From positions 138,677 through 202,676 of the forward strand of contig ML992517.1 in the NCBI GenBank assembly GCA_010093995.1: a DNA stretch of 64,000 bases, in the 5' to 3' direction. Positions 13,915 to 27,425 of the stretch are shown one piece after another. Both the position numbers and the translations under genes were made by a program. Below the pieces are notes generated by a model, which did no database searches, was not told the DNA's origin, and worked only from the letters and a program-made list of their open reading frames with translations. This DNA is from Elsinoe ampelina (Eukaryota). The stretch's first letter is position 1, and every line of letters begins with the position of its first letter.

Positions 13915-14384
13915 CTACGAATAATAGTAACTAAGAATTAAACTAAACACTAGAGTAGAAATAAAAGTCTATAGCTAGTAGAGAGTATCCTTCCCCCTTT
14001 ACCTACTATATAGTATAGTATAGCGGATAATCCTCTTAGTCTCTTTACTAACCTTAACCCTTAACCTCTAGCACGTAGAATAGATAGTAATAGTAATAGT
14101 AGGCTCGATAGCGACATATACGAGGAAGAGGAAGGCATAGACAAGGTTATAATAGAAGGTATATATAAGGAAGAGTAAGTAATTACAGTAAGTACAACTA
14201 GTAGCACATCTATAGGGCGAAGTACTAGGAGGTTGTCCTTATCTAGTAGAGCTATATCTAATCGTACTACGTTCGAGATAGCTACTAGTATACTAGCTAG
14301 TAGCGAAGAGTTAGTTATAGATATAGTTTATCCTTAGTTTGCGTTAACTAATCTTGTCTAGATCTCCCTAAGTCTATAATATAT
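13915..14384 (+). repeat. Direct repeat B, copy 2
   Basis: Colinear with 6570-7039. Confidence 0.92.
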
Positions 14385-17070
14385 ATACTAACACTAACGA
14401 TAAACTAAATTATAATTAGTTAGGCGAGACTTAACTAAAGGAAGCCTTTATTAGCGGTATAGACGTAGGTCTTGCCTAGTAGCTTATAAAGGAGAAACTT
14501 AGTAGAGCTATAATTACGTAATTGCTTAAAGACCTACGTATATAACCTCTAGTAAAGAGCCTTAGTTAGCAAACTACAAATAAACTAATAGAGAAGATAG
14601 AGAATTTAGATACGGGCAAGGGTATTAATAGCTAGCAGACCTTAAGCTTTATACTAAACACTAATTATAGGCCTAAAAGACATATATTCTAGTATCTAGA
14701 TATTCTTATAGCGATACGCTTCTTGCTTAGCTATTACAGTTTCGTAGTAGACATAGACTATAGCCTATATAGAGTCTTTATAGAAGCTATTAAGAGTAAG
14801 CTACTACGACAAGTGTACACCGAAATAGTAAGTAGTAACTAGTAGTAGAACGTATAAAAGCGACTTAGGATACTAGGGGCTACTATTATTCTATTAATTG
14901 TCGCGAGTAATTAGACCTAGGTAATAAACTATTAAGGAGATCTTATAGCATATACTATCTATCTATTATTAGGCAACCTAAAGGTAGAAGCACGTAATAG
15001 TAACTACTAGCTAGGGTAGTTACTAATCGGCTTACTTTCTATTATTAAAGATAGTAGTAATATTGTTAAGGAGAAGATCTACTACGCTTATATAAAGAAA
15101 ATCTTTAATACTATTATTAATTACTACTTAAGAGAGAGTAAAACAATCTCCTATATAAATAAAAAGAGGTAGAGGTACTTCTCTATACTTGCCGCTATAC
15201 CTACGAATTACATCGAATAGGTTACTATAACTAGTATAAAGTTACTATATTATTATATAAGTTGCCTAATCGGTAAGGACAAAAGAGAGAACCTAGTAGT
15301 TACTACGCTATTTCGAACTTACTACTCTATATAGCGATAATAGTACTTATAGAGAGAAGTATACGAGAGTTAGTAGTAGAGCAAGAAGATAGATATAAGC
15401 TCTTAGGTTTATATAGTTAATTACTTTACGTAGGATCTTCCGTATACTAATATTTACTACGCAATAGTACTAGATATTCTATACTAACTTCTTAAAGGCG
15501 TTTTAATACACGTCTTATACTAGACTCGAAAATTGCTCTAGGATTTAATACCTATATAGAGATTACTACGGTATATAAAGGCTAGAGAGACTATATAGTA
15601 AATAGGCTACTAGCGCTTAGTAAAGAAGATTATACTTAATATTATTAATAAGTGTTTCGACAGTATACTAGTATTTCCTAGCATCCAACACTTCTTACAC
15701 TACTTAGCTATTAAGTAATAGACAGGTTAAGAGTAGAAGAGTATTATACGCTAGATACTTCTAGTATTTATACTACTACTCGAGAAGGTTAAGGTACCTT
15801 AAGCTATTAAGTTTATATATGTACTAGTTAACTTTATATTACTAGTAAACTATAAGACCTATAATAACGATATACTCTAGTATATTAACCTTGCGCTCTT
15901 TAGGATAAACAAGTATAAAGAAACCTTTTAGGCCTATTATAGTAATAGGAAAGAAGAAAGCGACTTTAACTTTCCGAAATAGCACTTAATAATATATTTT
16001 TTAAAGGCTATTTATAATTTTAGAGTAGTTACTAGCCTCGATTCTAATTATTTAAAGCATAATTATATATACTTTATTAAGGACGCCTTTAAACTTATAA
16101 ACAAGAAGGCTAGATAGGAAGACTAGGTTACTACTTATAACACTAAAATAGTAAACATATTAGTAGTATTTAATAACCCCTCGAAGTTAGTTAGGCTATT
16201 AGCTACTAAACTAATTAAGATCTAAAGTACGCTAGTTAGCGTAAGTAATGTAGTAAATGTCACTTCTTAGTTTAGCTAGCCTAGCGCTAAGAGAGAAGCT
16301 ATATAGCGTATAGTAAGAGAACTAGAGGCGCTTATTAATATACTACCTAGGCTATTGCTATAGCAAGTAATAGTAGTATTTGTCCGCGAGGCTCGTTAAG
16401 GTATAGCTAATATAGACTCTAACTTAAGAACTAAATACTCTAATTAGTTTAATGCTAAACTAGATCCCGATAGACTTAAACTAGATTCTTCCTAGGTAAG
16501 TAACCTCCGCGTTAAGTTCTACTATTCTTTAAAGTATAGAAAACTATCCGACTATAATCCTAATAATCCTAATACGGACGAATAAGACTTTATCTAGTGT
16601 ATAACTAAATAGCAGAGAATATATAGTAATAAGAGGTAAGACTAGCTCTAGGTGTAAGAATAGATAACAAACGATAAAGGCACTAACGGAGTATTACCTA
16701 ATAGCCTATAAGGTAAGTTACTAGCTTATATTATATTTATAATAACTATAGAGAATAGCTTCTAGTCTAGTAGATCGAGCTAGCGTTAACGCCTATACTA
16801 CATAGGAGCGCTAGTAGATCTATATTAGCCTACTTAGCCGGATAGAGTAGCTAATCAAGAGTATAGTATAACACTAATTAAGCCTTAGACAAATCGACGC
16901 GCGCGAGCTAGACGAAACACTCTTACTAGTAGGCGTATCTACTCTACCTTATAAATCTACTATAGTATCTATGTTATACTAGTAAATAAAATAAGGCTAT
17001 ATAGCTAGATATACATTAATAACATAGCCGACTTTAATATATATAACATGCTATAGAATAAGTTATAGAA
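13990..17070 (+). mobile_element. RIP-inactivated Plavaka-family transposase (CACTA/Mirage/Chapaev-related DNA transposon)
   Basis: De-RIPped motifs in the expected order: VYTEMVSGNWWW (14813-14848, tag tag tag = WWW), GATIIPLIVASDQT..GD..AYTIYLSLGNL (14876-14980), AA..TDYIEQ (~15190-15220), PDILHQLLKG (~15470-15500), FNFPKWH..FG..IKDAFKLTNKK (~15965-16107), C-terminal YINN.ADF (~17010-17035). Start approximate. Confidence 0.85.
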
Positions 17071-17099
17071 GTCTAAATAGCTCTACCTAGCTAAGGCTT

Positions 17100-17830
17100 T
17101 AAAACGAGAGAGGTTAAGATCCCTAGGCGTAGTTAGCAAGCATAGTAGGCATTAACAAAGCTAGAGTACTTCTTTCGTAGCTAGAATAATTATCTCTTAC
17201 ATCGACGGCCTAACGCTTAGGTATACTTAGGTTAACTACTAGACTATGTTAGGTAGGCGAGTTATAATAACTTCTATAGGTATTACTCTAACTAGTTAGT
17301 TTACACCTATATATTATTAGGTTAGTCCCTAAACTATATAGAGTTTATAGCCTAAGGTGCCTTATATAGTTTTTACGCTAAAGAGTTAGTCTATTCCTTT
17401 ACTAATTATAATAGCTTAGGAAATTATAGTAAGGTATTATAGAAGTTAGTCTTTAAGATACTTAAGACATACCTTAAGTATTTAGTAACAGCAGTAAAAG
17501 GCTTAGGTTAGTAAGTTGTTTTTAAGTTAGTTTTACTAACGGAGTTAGCGGTCTAAGAGGAAAGTTTATTCTCTATAATAAGTTTACTAATAAGACTCCG
17601 ATATAGACGATAGTACTTTACTCTATTTACTATTACATTATAGAGATCTACTTAATACTACTAGAGTAGTTACTAAGGACTTATTCCTTTCTATCTAATA
17701 GACAAGATCTATAACAATACTAGCTTAGAAGACCTGCTAGAGAACATTCTTGTTAATCTTTATATATATACTATACGCGGGAAACGAGTTAAGGAAGAAG
17801 CTACTCTTTAGTATAGTAAGTAGTTTCTTT
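17100..17830 (+). pseudogene. RIP relic, possibly a fungal BTB/POZ-type protein (copy 1)
   Basis: LIPFYLIDKIYNNTSLEDLLENILVNLY (~17680-17765) resembles the IY.nT...pLr..lvd motif that follows fungal BTB domains; paralog at 19013-19310. Confidence 0.35.
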
Positions 17831-18772
17831 CTTATTCTTTAAAGCCTCCTCCGTATCTATGTAGGTTATAAGTATTTCCTTATAAGATTATTAGTATATA
17901 ATATATATATAATAAATCCTATCTATAAGATTATATACTAGATTATCCTACACGCGCTATTACCGCAACTACTACTTAGTAGTAGTAATAGTAGAGCGGC
18001 AGGATATAGTAGGAAAAAGTGTTATTATATCTATCTCTAAGAGGGGGATACTCTCTTTCTCCTCTATATCTTTCTCCTTGCTCTCTACTATAGTAAGGTA
18101 TACTATAACTAAAGCTACTACTACTGCTCCCTCTATAACTACTATTGCTCGTACATGGCTATAACTATAGGTTATTACTAGAAGCTTAGTACGCGTCGGA
18201 GTAACTTTATCTTTAATATATAGTAATAAAGTGCTATAATCTTAACCCGGACACCGTCTCTATTACCTCTCTAACGACTACTATAACTAGCGCTAAGAGC
18301 TAGTAAGGTAAGAAGCGTACTACCTCTACCTTTACTAGTGTCTATAGCCGTACTAGTATTAAGCTCGGTAAGGTAGAGAAGAAGAGTAAGAAGCGAAAGA
18401 AGCCTCTTATTATTACTAATTACCTCCTTGCCGATAACCTTGTAGATAGGTAGTTAGAGTAGATCTTAAACTTCCTAGAAAGAGTATTTACTTCTCTACT
18501 ATAACTGCCTTCGAGCTATCGTTTAGACTACTATATCCTTAGTACTATCTCCGGGGCTACTTAGACACTATACCGATGTTCGTTAGACCTTACTTTTCTA
18601 GGTAGTCTTTTATAGCTCTAGAATTATCCTTCTAGTAGGTATACTATTCCGTGTTAGTAAACGAGGAATTAGCTTAGCCTAAACTAAATGTCTATTACAT
18701 TTCCTATACCTATTTATATTAGTATTAATCTTCTTAGAATAGGCTATAGCCTTACTACTATAGCTACTATTA

Positions 18773-19012
18773 NNNNNNNNNNNNNNNNNNNNNNNNNNNN
18801 NNNNNNNNNNNNNNNNNNNNNNNNNNNNNNNNNNNNNNNNNNNNNNNNNNNNNNNNNNNNNNNNNNNNNNNNNNNNNNNNNNNNNNNNNNNNNNNNNNNN
18901 NNNNNNNNNNNNNNNNNNNNNNNNNNNNNNNNNNNNNNNNNNNNNNNNNNNNNNNNNNNNNNNNNNNNNNNNNNNNNNNNNNNNNNNNNNNNNNNNNNNN
19001 NNNNNNNNNNNN
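18773..19012. other. Assembly gap (N run)
   Basis: Run of n. Confidence 1.
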
Positions 19013-19310
19013 CTTATCTTTAGAGACATCTAACACCTTAATAGACAACTAAGTAGAGACGATAAAATAGAGTTAGAATAAGTATATATTAGTTTAGAGT
19101 TTTATGTCGCAAGCTAGAGAATAAGGCGTATAATGTCTACTTTCCTATTATAGTAAAAGCGCTTCTATACCGAGCTCTAATAATATAGAGTATATACTTC
19201 CCCTCTATCTAGTAGATAAGATCTATAATAACACTAGCTTAGAGGGCCCTCTCTAGAAGATGCTTATTAATTTCTATATCTATTCTAGTCGTAGTAAGTA
19301 GAGCGTTTAT
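19013..19310 (+). pseudogene. RIP relic, possibly a BTB/POZ-type protein C-terminal part (copy 2)
   Basis: LPLYLVDKIYNNTSLEGPLxKMLINFY from 19197; nucleotide similarity to ~17684-17765. Confidence 0.35.
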
Positions 19311-19324
19311 CTAATCTAAGGCAC

Positions 19325-19396
19325 GTACGGTGCGTTTAACTAAAATTAGGTAGGTATAGTACGTTTAACTAAATTTAGGTAGGTATAGTGCGTTTA
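19325..19396 (+). repeat. Tandem repeat, 29 bp x 2.5
   Basis: gtaYRgtRcgtttaactaaaWttaggtag units start at 19325, 19354 and 19383. Confidence 0.9.
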
Positions 19397-19489
19397 TAGC
19401 GACCTAACGTAGTTAAACTTAGTTTAATACGGAGAAACCTAATATTCTAACTCTCTACGCTTAGGACTTTCGTAACGAAGTATAACATT

Positions 19490-21355
19490 AGAAGGGGTTA
19501 ACTCTACTAGTCTTAATTAACACAGCTATAACTATAGGATTACACTTAGTATTTATTTTAGCTACTAGTAATATCTTAAGCTTATAGATACTTAACTCTA
19601 GAGCAACTAATTACATCTATAATTACACTATAAAGGACAGATATAAGGTTACTAGAATTATAGAACTCTATAAGAAGCTATTCTATAGTAATACCTTACT
19701 TAGCATTAAGAGTTAAAGAACTATTAAGATTATAGCTCTTTATAAAGGAAAGCCTATAACTATCTATCTTATAAAGGTAGCCTATATACTATTAATTATA
19801 ACTAATCTAGTTAGCCTTAGAAGGTTTATTAATAGTAGAGTCTACTAGAATACTTAAACTATAGAAGTTAACTATAAAGAAAAAGTACTCTTCTTAGTTA
19901 TACTAAAGTATAACTAATATATACTAGAGAATAACTCTAAAGCTCCCTATATTACTTCTATAGCATTAAAGAAGAATAAGAATCCTTAACTATCTACCTT
20001 TACTATAGTTACTATAAGGACTAATTAGTCTTAGTATAAAGTTATAGGCTATCTAAGCTTAGAATCTATTAATTACCTTCTAACTACTATAGTTAGTAGT
20101 AAACTAACTCTAACTAAGCCTAGCTTAGTTTAACTAATCTATCTTAGGTCTCTATATTAGACTTATAAGCTATTAAATACTTAGCAAATTATATTAAGGA
20201 GCCTAGACACTAAAATTACTATATTAAAGCTATTTAAAAGAACTACCTTTAATATTATTATTAATAGATTTACTAGCTATAATAAAGTAAGATATATAAG
20301 CTACTTTACTTATAGGACTACTAACTATTAACTAATTACTAACTATACTTATAGATATAAGATTAATAAAATCTATATTAAGATAATTATCTATATTAAA
20401 AGCAATTTTAGTTTTAAGATTAGATTCCTTAGGAGTAATAATAAGAGGGCCTTTAGCCTTAAATTTACTATCTTCCTAGATAGTAAAGAAATCTATTATA
20501 AGCTATCTACTCTATATACTTAAGCTTAGAATAGTTACAATAAAAGGATAGGATCTATACTATTAAGAAGAGTAAGAGCAATTACTATCTTTACTAATCT
20601 ACTAAGGGAATTATACTCTAAATTATATAGATTAGTAGCCTATCTAATTAATAGAATACCTCTTAAGAAATTAGACTAGAAAACCCTCTTTAAGCTAGTT
20701 TATAGATGCCCTCTATTAGTTACTTACCTTAGGCTACTTAGATGTAAAGCTTATACTTTAGATAAGCTTATTATAAGTAGTAATAAGCTTGTACTAAGGG
20801 CTTATATTAGCTATCTAGTTAGTTATAACTTAACTAACATATTTAGAATCTTTATACTAGCCTCTAAGAAGGTTATTAGAACAAGAGATATTAGATTTAA
20901 TAAAACTTAGTTCTATAAGCTAGAGGAATAGCCTTAACTAAAACTAATTAGATTACTTAATCTACTAAGGCTCCTATAGAAGGTTAATAAATCTAAAGAG
21001 ATATATAAAGTAGAGAGAACAACTAAACTAAATCTAGTTTAGAATCTAGTTTAGTATCTAGTTTAGAATCTAGTTTAGTATCTAGTTTAGAGTCTAGTTT
21101 AATATCTAGTTTAGAATCTAGTTTAGAGTCTATCTTAGCCTCTAATATAGACTAAGACTCTAGCTAAGGATCTAGCTTAAGGGCTAAGCCTATCTTAGTT
21201 ACTAGTTTATAAGCCTTATAATTCTTACTCACTAGTATAATTAGCACTAAATCCGCTATCCCTAGATCTAAGCCTAGCTTAGATTAAAGATAGTACCTTA
21301 GTAGACTAGTTCTTTAATGCTCTAGCCTTACCTCTATTAATAGTAATATAGCTAT
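19490..21355 (+). mobile_element. Ty1/copia LTR retrotransposon relic, 5' pol part (protease, GAG-pre-integrase, integrase, SH3); gag and 5' LTR absent
   Basis: De-RIPped WILDSGATNHICN (~19585-19623), WHKVMGHPS (~20032-20058), IRFLRSDNE (~20419-20445), STPYTQAQNG (~20506-20535), GCKAY (~20740-20754). Confidence 0.88.
21032..21132 (+). repeat. 12-bp tandem repeat x8 in the copia integrase-RT linker
   Basis: (RtctagtttaRW)n, an in-frame 4-codon unit. Confidence 0.92.
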
Positions 21356-21560
21356 TAATTACAACTAGTAAGATAAGAGGTTAATTACGTCTATTCGTTA
21401 AGATATCGAGACTTAGAAGAAGAAGAAGAAGAAAACTAGTATATAAAGCATGTATAATATTAAGAGCGAAGCGGCCGGAAGCCTAGGCTATAATGCCGAG
21501 ATCACGTAACTAATCTAAACTAGATCCTAACTGAATCTAGTTCGTATCTATCTTATATTA
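21356..21560 (-). repeat. 3' LTR of the gypsy element
   Basis: taattacaactagtaagataagagg...tatta, matching 27426-27627; the ta...ta ends fit RIPped TG...CA. Confidence 0.92.
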
Positions 21561-24500
21561 CTACTCTCTCTCTTAAGTATATTTACCCTTAAACGCTATT
21601 ATATATTATTTATTAATCTATTTCGGCCTTAGCTTATCTATATAAGAGTCTAAATAGTTACGTAGCATATTAGCTACTCCTTTAAGGTTGTTAATTAGCT
21701 ACTAGGTAAGATTCTCTAGATAGCTCTTCTAGCTTATATAAGTAACTAGCTTCCCTTATAGTATACATATATTAATTACATCATCTACCTTATACTCTTC
21801 CTTACTATCGACCTCTACTAGAGGTAGTTCCTTAAAGGCTTAGCCTAGTAGAGGGTTATTTAGGTGCTTAGTAAGGAGGTTAGCGTAGAACACGAGGTAA
21901 ATCCTTTATAGAGTAGCTAGTAGATCGAGCTTATACACTAATAGTAACTATTTTTTAAGGATTTTATAAGGACTAACATGCTTTAGTAGTAGCTTTAGAT
22001 TGCCTAGTAACTAGAGGTTCTTTATCGATAGCTAAACTAAATCGCCTACCTTAAACTCTATTAGCTAGTAGTATCTATTAGCTTACTCTACTATTCGTAA
22101 TTAGGCAATAGCGAGGTTAGCCTTAGTAATAGCTAGCGCTTCTTTTAGTTACTTAGTAAGAGCGCAAATGTCGGCCTTATTTAGCTTAGCTCTTATTAAT
22201 AGTGTATTAGAAGAGGGCTAGAAGCTTAGCCTAGACTTATATCCCCTAGTAACCTCGAATAGTAATAGCTTTATACTTTCTAATAGACTAGTATTAGCGG
22301 AGAACTCTACTACTAGTAGAATAAGAGTCTAATTACTAAAACGTGTAGTATATAAACGAATAACTTACTCGAACTTGTAATTTATAACCTCTAATTAGCT
22401 ATCTATTTATAGGTGCCCTATAGGAGATAGTTTAGTAGTAATCTTTAGAATTTAGTAGAGCCTTTTCTACACGTTACTAACGAACTAAGGGCTATAGTCG
22501 GAGGTAATACTATCTAGTAGGCTATATAGTCTCTAAATATAGAAGAATAATAACTTAGTAGTCTTAAATACTAAGGTATCTCCTTCTCTAGAGAAGTAAG
22601 GAATTAACTTAATTAAGTATTGTTCCTTAGATAAGCAATTAATAACATATAGTACTACGTTATAGCTATCTACTAAGGGTAGGCTAGTAACAAAGTCTAT
22701 AGTAATATATTGCTAAGGCCTTTCCGGAATAGGTAATAGCGATAAGAGGCTAGCTAGTAAACTGTAATAAGCCTTTAAACACTTATAGTTATAATAGTTA
22801 GTAACGAACCTCTTAACGTTACTATTATATCTAGGGATATAGAAAGTAGACTTTATTATAGTAGCTGTCTTAGTAGCTCCTATATATATATAATTCTTTA
22901 ATGTATAAACTTCTTAGATAACCTTCGTAGCTATAGAGAAAGGCATAATTAGTCGGCTATCGGCCTATAGTATTTCCTTTTTAATTGTAACATTAGTTAA
23001 TAGTAGCTATTTTCTCTTTAGAAAGGCTTCTATTATATAGTAAATACTATAAACTGTCTCGAAATTAGAGTCTTATAGGTTAGCTTTAGCTACTTCGTTA
23101 AAAAGGGATAAAGGCTCTTCTATAGCTAAGATAGGTGCTACGTAGATATCTAGTTTAGTAGCTAAAATAGGCACTAATATAGGTAGCGAAATAGGAGATA
23201 AAATAGGTAACAAACTAGACAATAAACTAGTTTACGAACTAGATACTAAACTAGATCTTAGTTTAGCTTAGATTAGTAATTCAGTTCGGATGCGACCTGG
23301 ATTTAGTTCGTTAATAATACGCTAATCTAGCACCTTATATAGTAGTAGTGTCTAGCGTAGGTTAGAGTCTTCTCTTAAGTATAGTATATCTCTATTCCTT
23401 CTCGTAAGTACGTTGGCCTTGCCGTTAGCGGCGCTAGGCCTATATATAATCTTAAAGTTAAACTGTACAAGGTAGAGAGCCTAGCGCGCTTAGTAGCGTA
23501 ATAGCTTCTAAGTCTTTATAAAGTGTATTAAAGATTAGTAGTTAGTAAGGACGTAGATAGCCTTATTAGATTAAGTACTTATAAGCTTAGGGGCCTATTC
23601 CTTAAAAGCTTAGATAATAGCTAGTAATTCCTTATTATAGATAGTATAGTTACGCTCGGCCTTATTTATAGATTTACTAAAAAAGGTAATAGGCTAGAGA
23701 ATGTTAGACTTATTATATTATAATAGAATTCTAGCGGTAGTAGTATTAGAGGCGTCTATCTTAAGGACTATCTATTTTAAGCAATTAAAGTATATAAGGA
23801 TAAGCGCGCTTATAATAGTATACTTTATATAATTAAACATAGTAGTACACTTGTCGTTCTATAGTATAGTATTCTTCTTAAGTAGATTATTTAGTAGCTT
23901 AGCAATAGTACTAAATCCCTTAATAAAGTAGCAATAGTAGCTATAGAAACTAATAAAGCTTCTTACCTAAGTAGTATTACTAGGGGCTAGCTATTTCTAC
24001 ACCTATATAGCTTCTACCTTCTTAGAGTCTATCTTAACTCTATCTCGGCTAATAATAATACTAAGGTACTTTACCTCCGTTAGGTAGAACTTACTCTTCT
24101 TAATATTAGTATTTAGGCCTAATTTATAAAGCCTCTAGAGTACTAACTTAATATACTTAGTATGTTCTTAGTAAGAGCTATTAGTATAGATAAGAATATT
24201 ATCTAGATAGATCGATATAAAGTACTCTAGTATATTAACGAAGTTATAATTTATAAACCTCTACTAGACTATAGAGGCGTTAGTAAGGCTAAAAGGCATT
24301 ACTAGCTACTTAAAGTTACTTATATATATAGAGAATATAGTAAGATCTTTACTATCGACGGAGTTATAGAGGCAATAGAAGGCTTAATAGATATTAATCT
24401 TACTAAACTATTTAGCCTTACTTACGTATATAAGTGTTTCTTTAATAAGGAGTAGAGGATAGATATCTTACTTAGTTACCTTATTAAGGCTATAGTAGTT

Positions 24501-27425
24501 AATATAGAGATAGAGTCCTCTACCTAGCTTATAAATAAAGAGAATAGGTAAGGAATAGCTAGTAGAACTTAGTATAATAAAGCCTTTATTAAGATATTCT
24601 TAGATAAATTATTCTACTATATTAAGTTCTTCTAGTAATAGGCGGCGTAAAGGCTCTATATATAGTAGCTTAGTGCTATCTTTAAGTATAATACAGTTGT
24701 TAAAATCTAGCCGATACTAAGGGAGCGTATTAGATTATTCTTTAGAGAAGATATTAGTAAACTCTTAAAGCTCCTCTAGAAGAACTACTATAGAGTCTAG
24801 TTCTAGTTCGAAGGCTATTTAGTAGTAATCCTCGATGTTCTTTACTAATATTATAAACACCTTATTCTTTTAGTATTTAGCTACTAATATAAAGGTAGTA
24901 GCGCTAATAAAGGTAATAGTTAGCTCTTCTTATTTAGTGTTACTTACGTAGGCAAGTATATAGAAGAACTTATACATTAACTAAGTACTATAGGAGATTA
25001 GCTTAAACTCTCCCTAATTTAGCTTAAAGTTTAACCTAAGAGCTAGTAGTCGATATAGTCTAGTTCGTCCTAACTTAGTAGCCGAACTAGAACCTAGTTT
25101 ACGAGTTAAACTAGAACCGAACTAGTTCTAAACTAGAACGGCGGCCTTGCCGAGTTAGATTCCTAGATCCGAGCTAGGCTTAGATCTAGATCCTAGCTCT
25201 TTAATTAGCTATAGTAGCTCCTACTTAATAACGACTAGTAAAAACTCTTCTTTATATATAACTCGGCCGTATTTATAATTAATAGTAGCCTTATTAGCCT
25301 TAAGCTAGCTAAGGCTAAGAATAATATTAAATTAGCTAATATCTATAATACGGAAGGTAGTAAGAGCGTTTAGCTTGCCGGAAATAGTAGTAGTAAGAGA
25401 GACGCTATAAGTAACTTATTCTATTAGAATACTATTATAAGCCTAAAGCTAAATAGGGCTAGCTAGTACTACTAGACAGCTAAAACTCTTTAGCTTGTTA
25501 AGAACGTTATAGTTGACTACGGCGCTAATAAGCGCGCTAGTGTCGATAAAGGCTTAAAGTATAATAGTGTAAAAGTAGTTATAGAGGTCGTAAATAGTAA
25601 TAGGAGTTATAATGGCAGGGATATAGTAGCTAACAACGCTATTTAATAACTGTATATCTCTAGATCTATCTCGAATTACCCTTATTCTACTAGAGAATAG
25701 AACTTGTCCTCCGGCTACTTATTTCTCTAGTTAGAGAGGTTAGTAGACTTATAGTCCACTTTAGAGTCGAACTAAGGCTAAACTAGATCTAGTTCGTAAG
25801 CTAAACTAGTATTAACTTAGTTACTTAATTCGGCTAAGCAATTCTAGAGCTATTATATCTCTTCTATAGCGCTAATATATATAGAGCATATAGTAGCGTA
25901 AGTAGCCTTCTCTAAGGCGCTAGCTATATACTTAGTAGAGATATGTCTAGGCTTGCTATATGTATAATAGGTAAGTACTAGAGCCGGACGAAAAGGCTAT
26001 AGAGTATCTCTAGTAATAGAGTAGAAGGTAGATAGAGCTATAGGCGCGGAGGTAGAATAAGATACATAAGTAGGTATAGTAGTAGCGTAGCTTATAGCTA
26101 GTATAGAACGCAAAGCCTAAGTGCGCTTAGTAATAAGGTTATTCTATTAGATATTATAGTTAGTAGCGTAGGCCTTAGTAATAAAGGCAGTAAGGTTATT
26201 AGTGTCGTAGTTAACTAGAGTATTATATAGCTTATTAGATATCTTCTAATAGATCTAGTATAGCTACTCCTTTTTAGTAATCTTAGCGTAAAGGGCATAC
26301 TTATTAAACTTACTAATAAAGGAGTTAAATATGCTATTATACTAGAAGAGGTTAGTAAACTAAGTACATATAGTAGCCTTATAGTTAGAATTCTCGAAGC
26401 GCTAGGCTAGGAGAGTAAGAACCTCTTTAACACTAATAACGTTATTACTGGCTAAGTCTATAATAAGGATATAGGCTTCTCTAGAGAGGTATAAGTATAG
26501 ATAGGCAAACTAGGTGTCCCTCGTAGAGAAACGATCTATATTAGTATATATCTTATTTCTTATCTAGTGCTTAAAGACCTCGAACTACTCCGGTGTACCT
26601 ATACTAAAGATAGTAGAGTCTAGTATCTTTTCTAATAAGGTAGAGCTGCGTATAGAAAGAGCTAGTATACTACGCTCTATTTTGTTTCTTAGTTAGTTTA
26701 CCTTAGCCTTAAGCTCTTAGATTTTGTCTAGGTAGTAAGTAGCTTAGGTAGTAACGCTATTAGTATAGGACTAAGATATGTCTAGTTCGGATTAGAGGTT
26801 ACTAAGCTAGGCCTAAGTAGTATCTAACTTATAGTAATAGTAGAGAGCGTTAGTATAAGTACCTTTTACCTATGTAGTTTACTTATTATAGAAGGACTTA
26901 ATATAGTTAAATACGTCTCTTAGTGCCTATATACTATACTCTTCCTATAGCTTCTTAAGAAGTGTAGCGTTAGAGAGAGTAAAAAGATTATAGTAAAGAG
27001 AGTAAATAGAGGCATTATTATTATTAGGGATAGGTTAAGGTAGCTTACTTTAGTAGCGCTCTTTATTGCTATAGTTAGATCGAGCTATACTTAGCGTAGT
27101 TAGTTGTAAATAAAACAGTATAAAACGTTAATACGTAATAAAGGGAATATTAAAATTTTTAGCTAGTAGCCTACTTCCTTTAAGAGTTATCTATAACTTA
27201 ACTTATTACCTTTTTCTTATATCTTTGAGGTTTATAGTATTAACCTATATAGTAGTAGTAAGGATCTATTATAGTATATATAGGAACTATAGTTATAATA
27301 GCTTTTTCTTTAATTCTTTAATTCTTTATAAGTAGTAGTTATTAGTAGTTATATAAGTAGTAGAATAACTAGATAGTTTAATAGCTCTATTACTTAGTCG
27401 CGGTCGTTTTAAAGTCTTAATATAG

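Noticed and set aside
18679..19048. ORFs spanning the N run
   Set aside because: Open only because of the assembly gap.
1..19482. Starship element
   Set aside because: No DUF3435 tyrosine-recombinase motifs recognised in the window; the mobility gene seen is Plavaka-type. A captain outside the window cannot be excluded.
7404..21132. Short tandem arrays (7404, 19325, 21032) as CRISPR-like arrays
   Set aside because: Eukaryotic context, no unique spacers, no cas genes.
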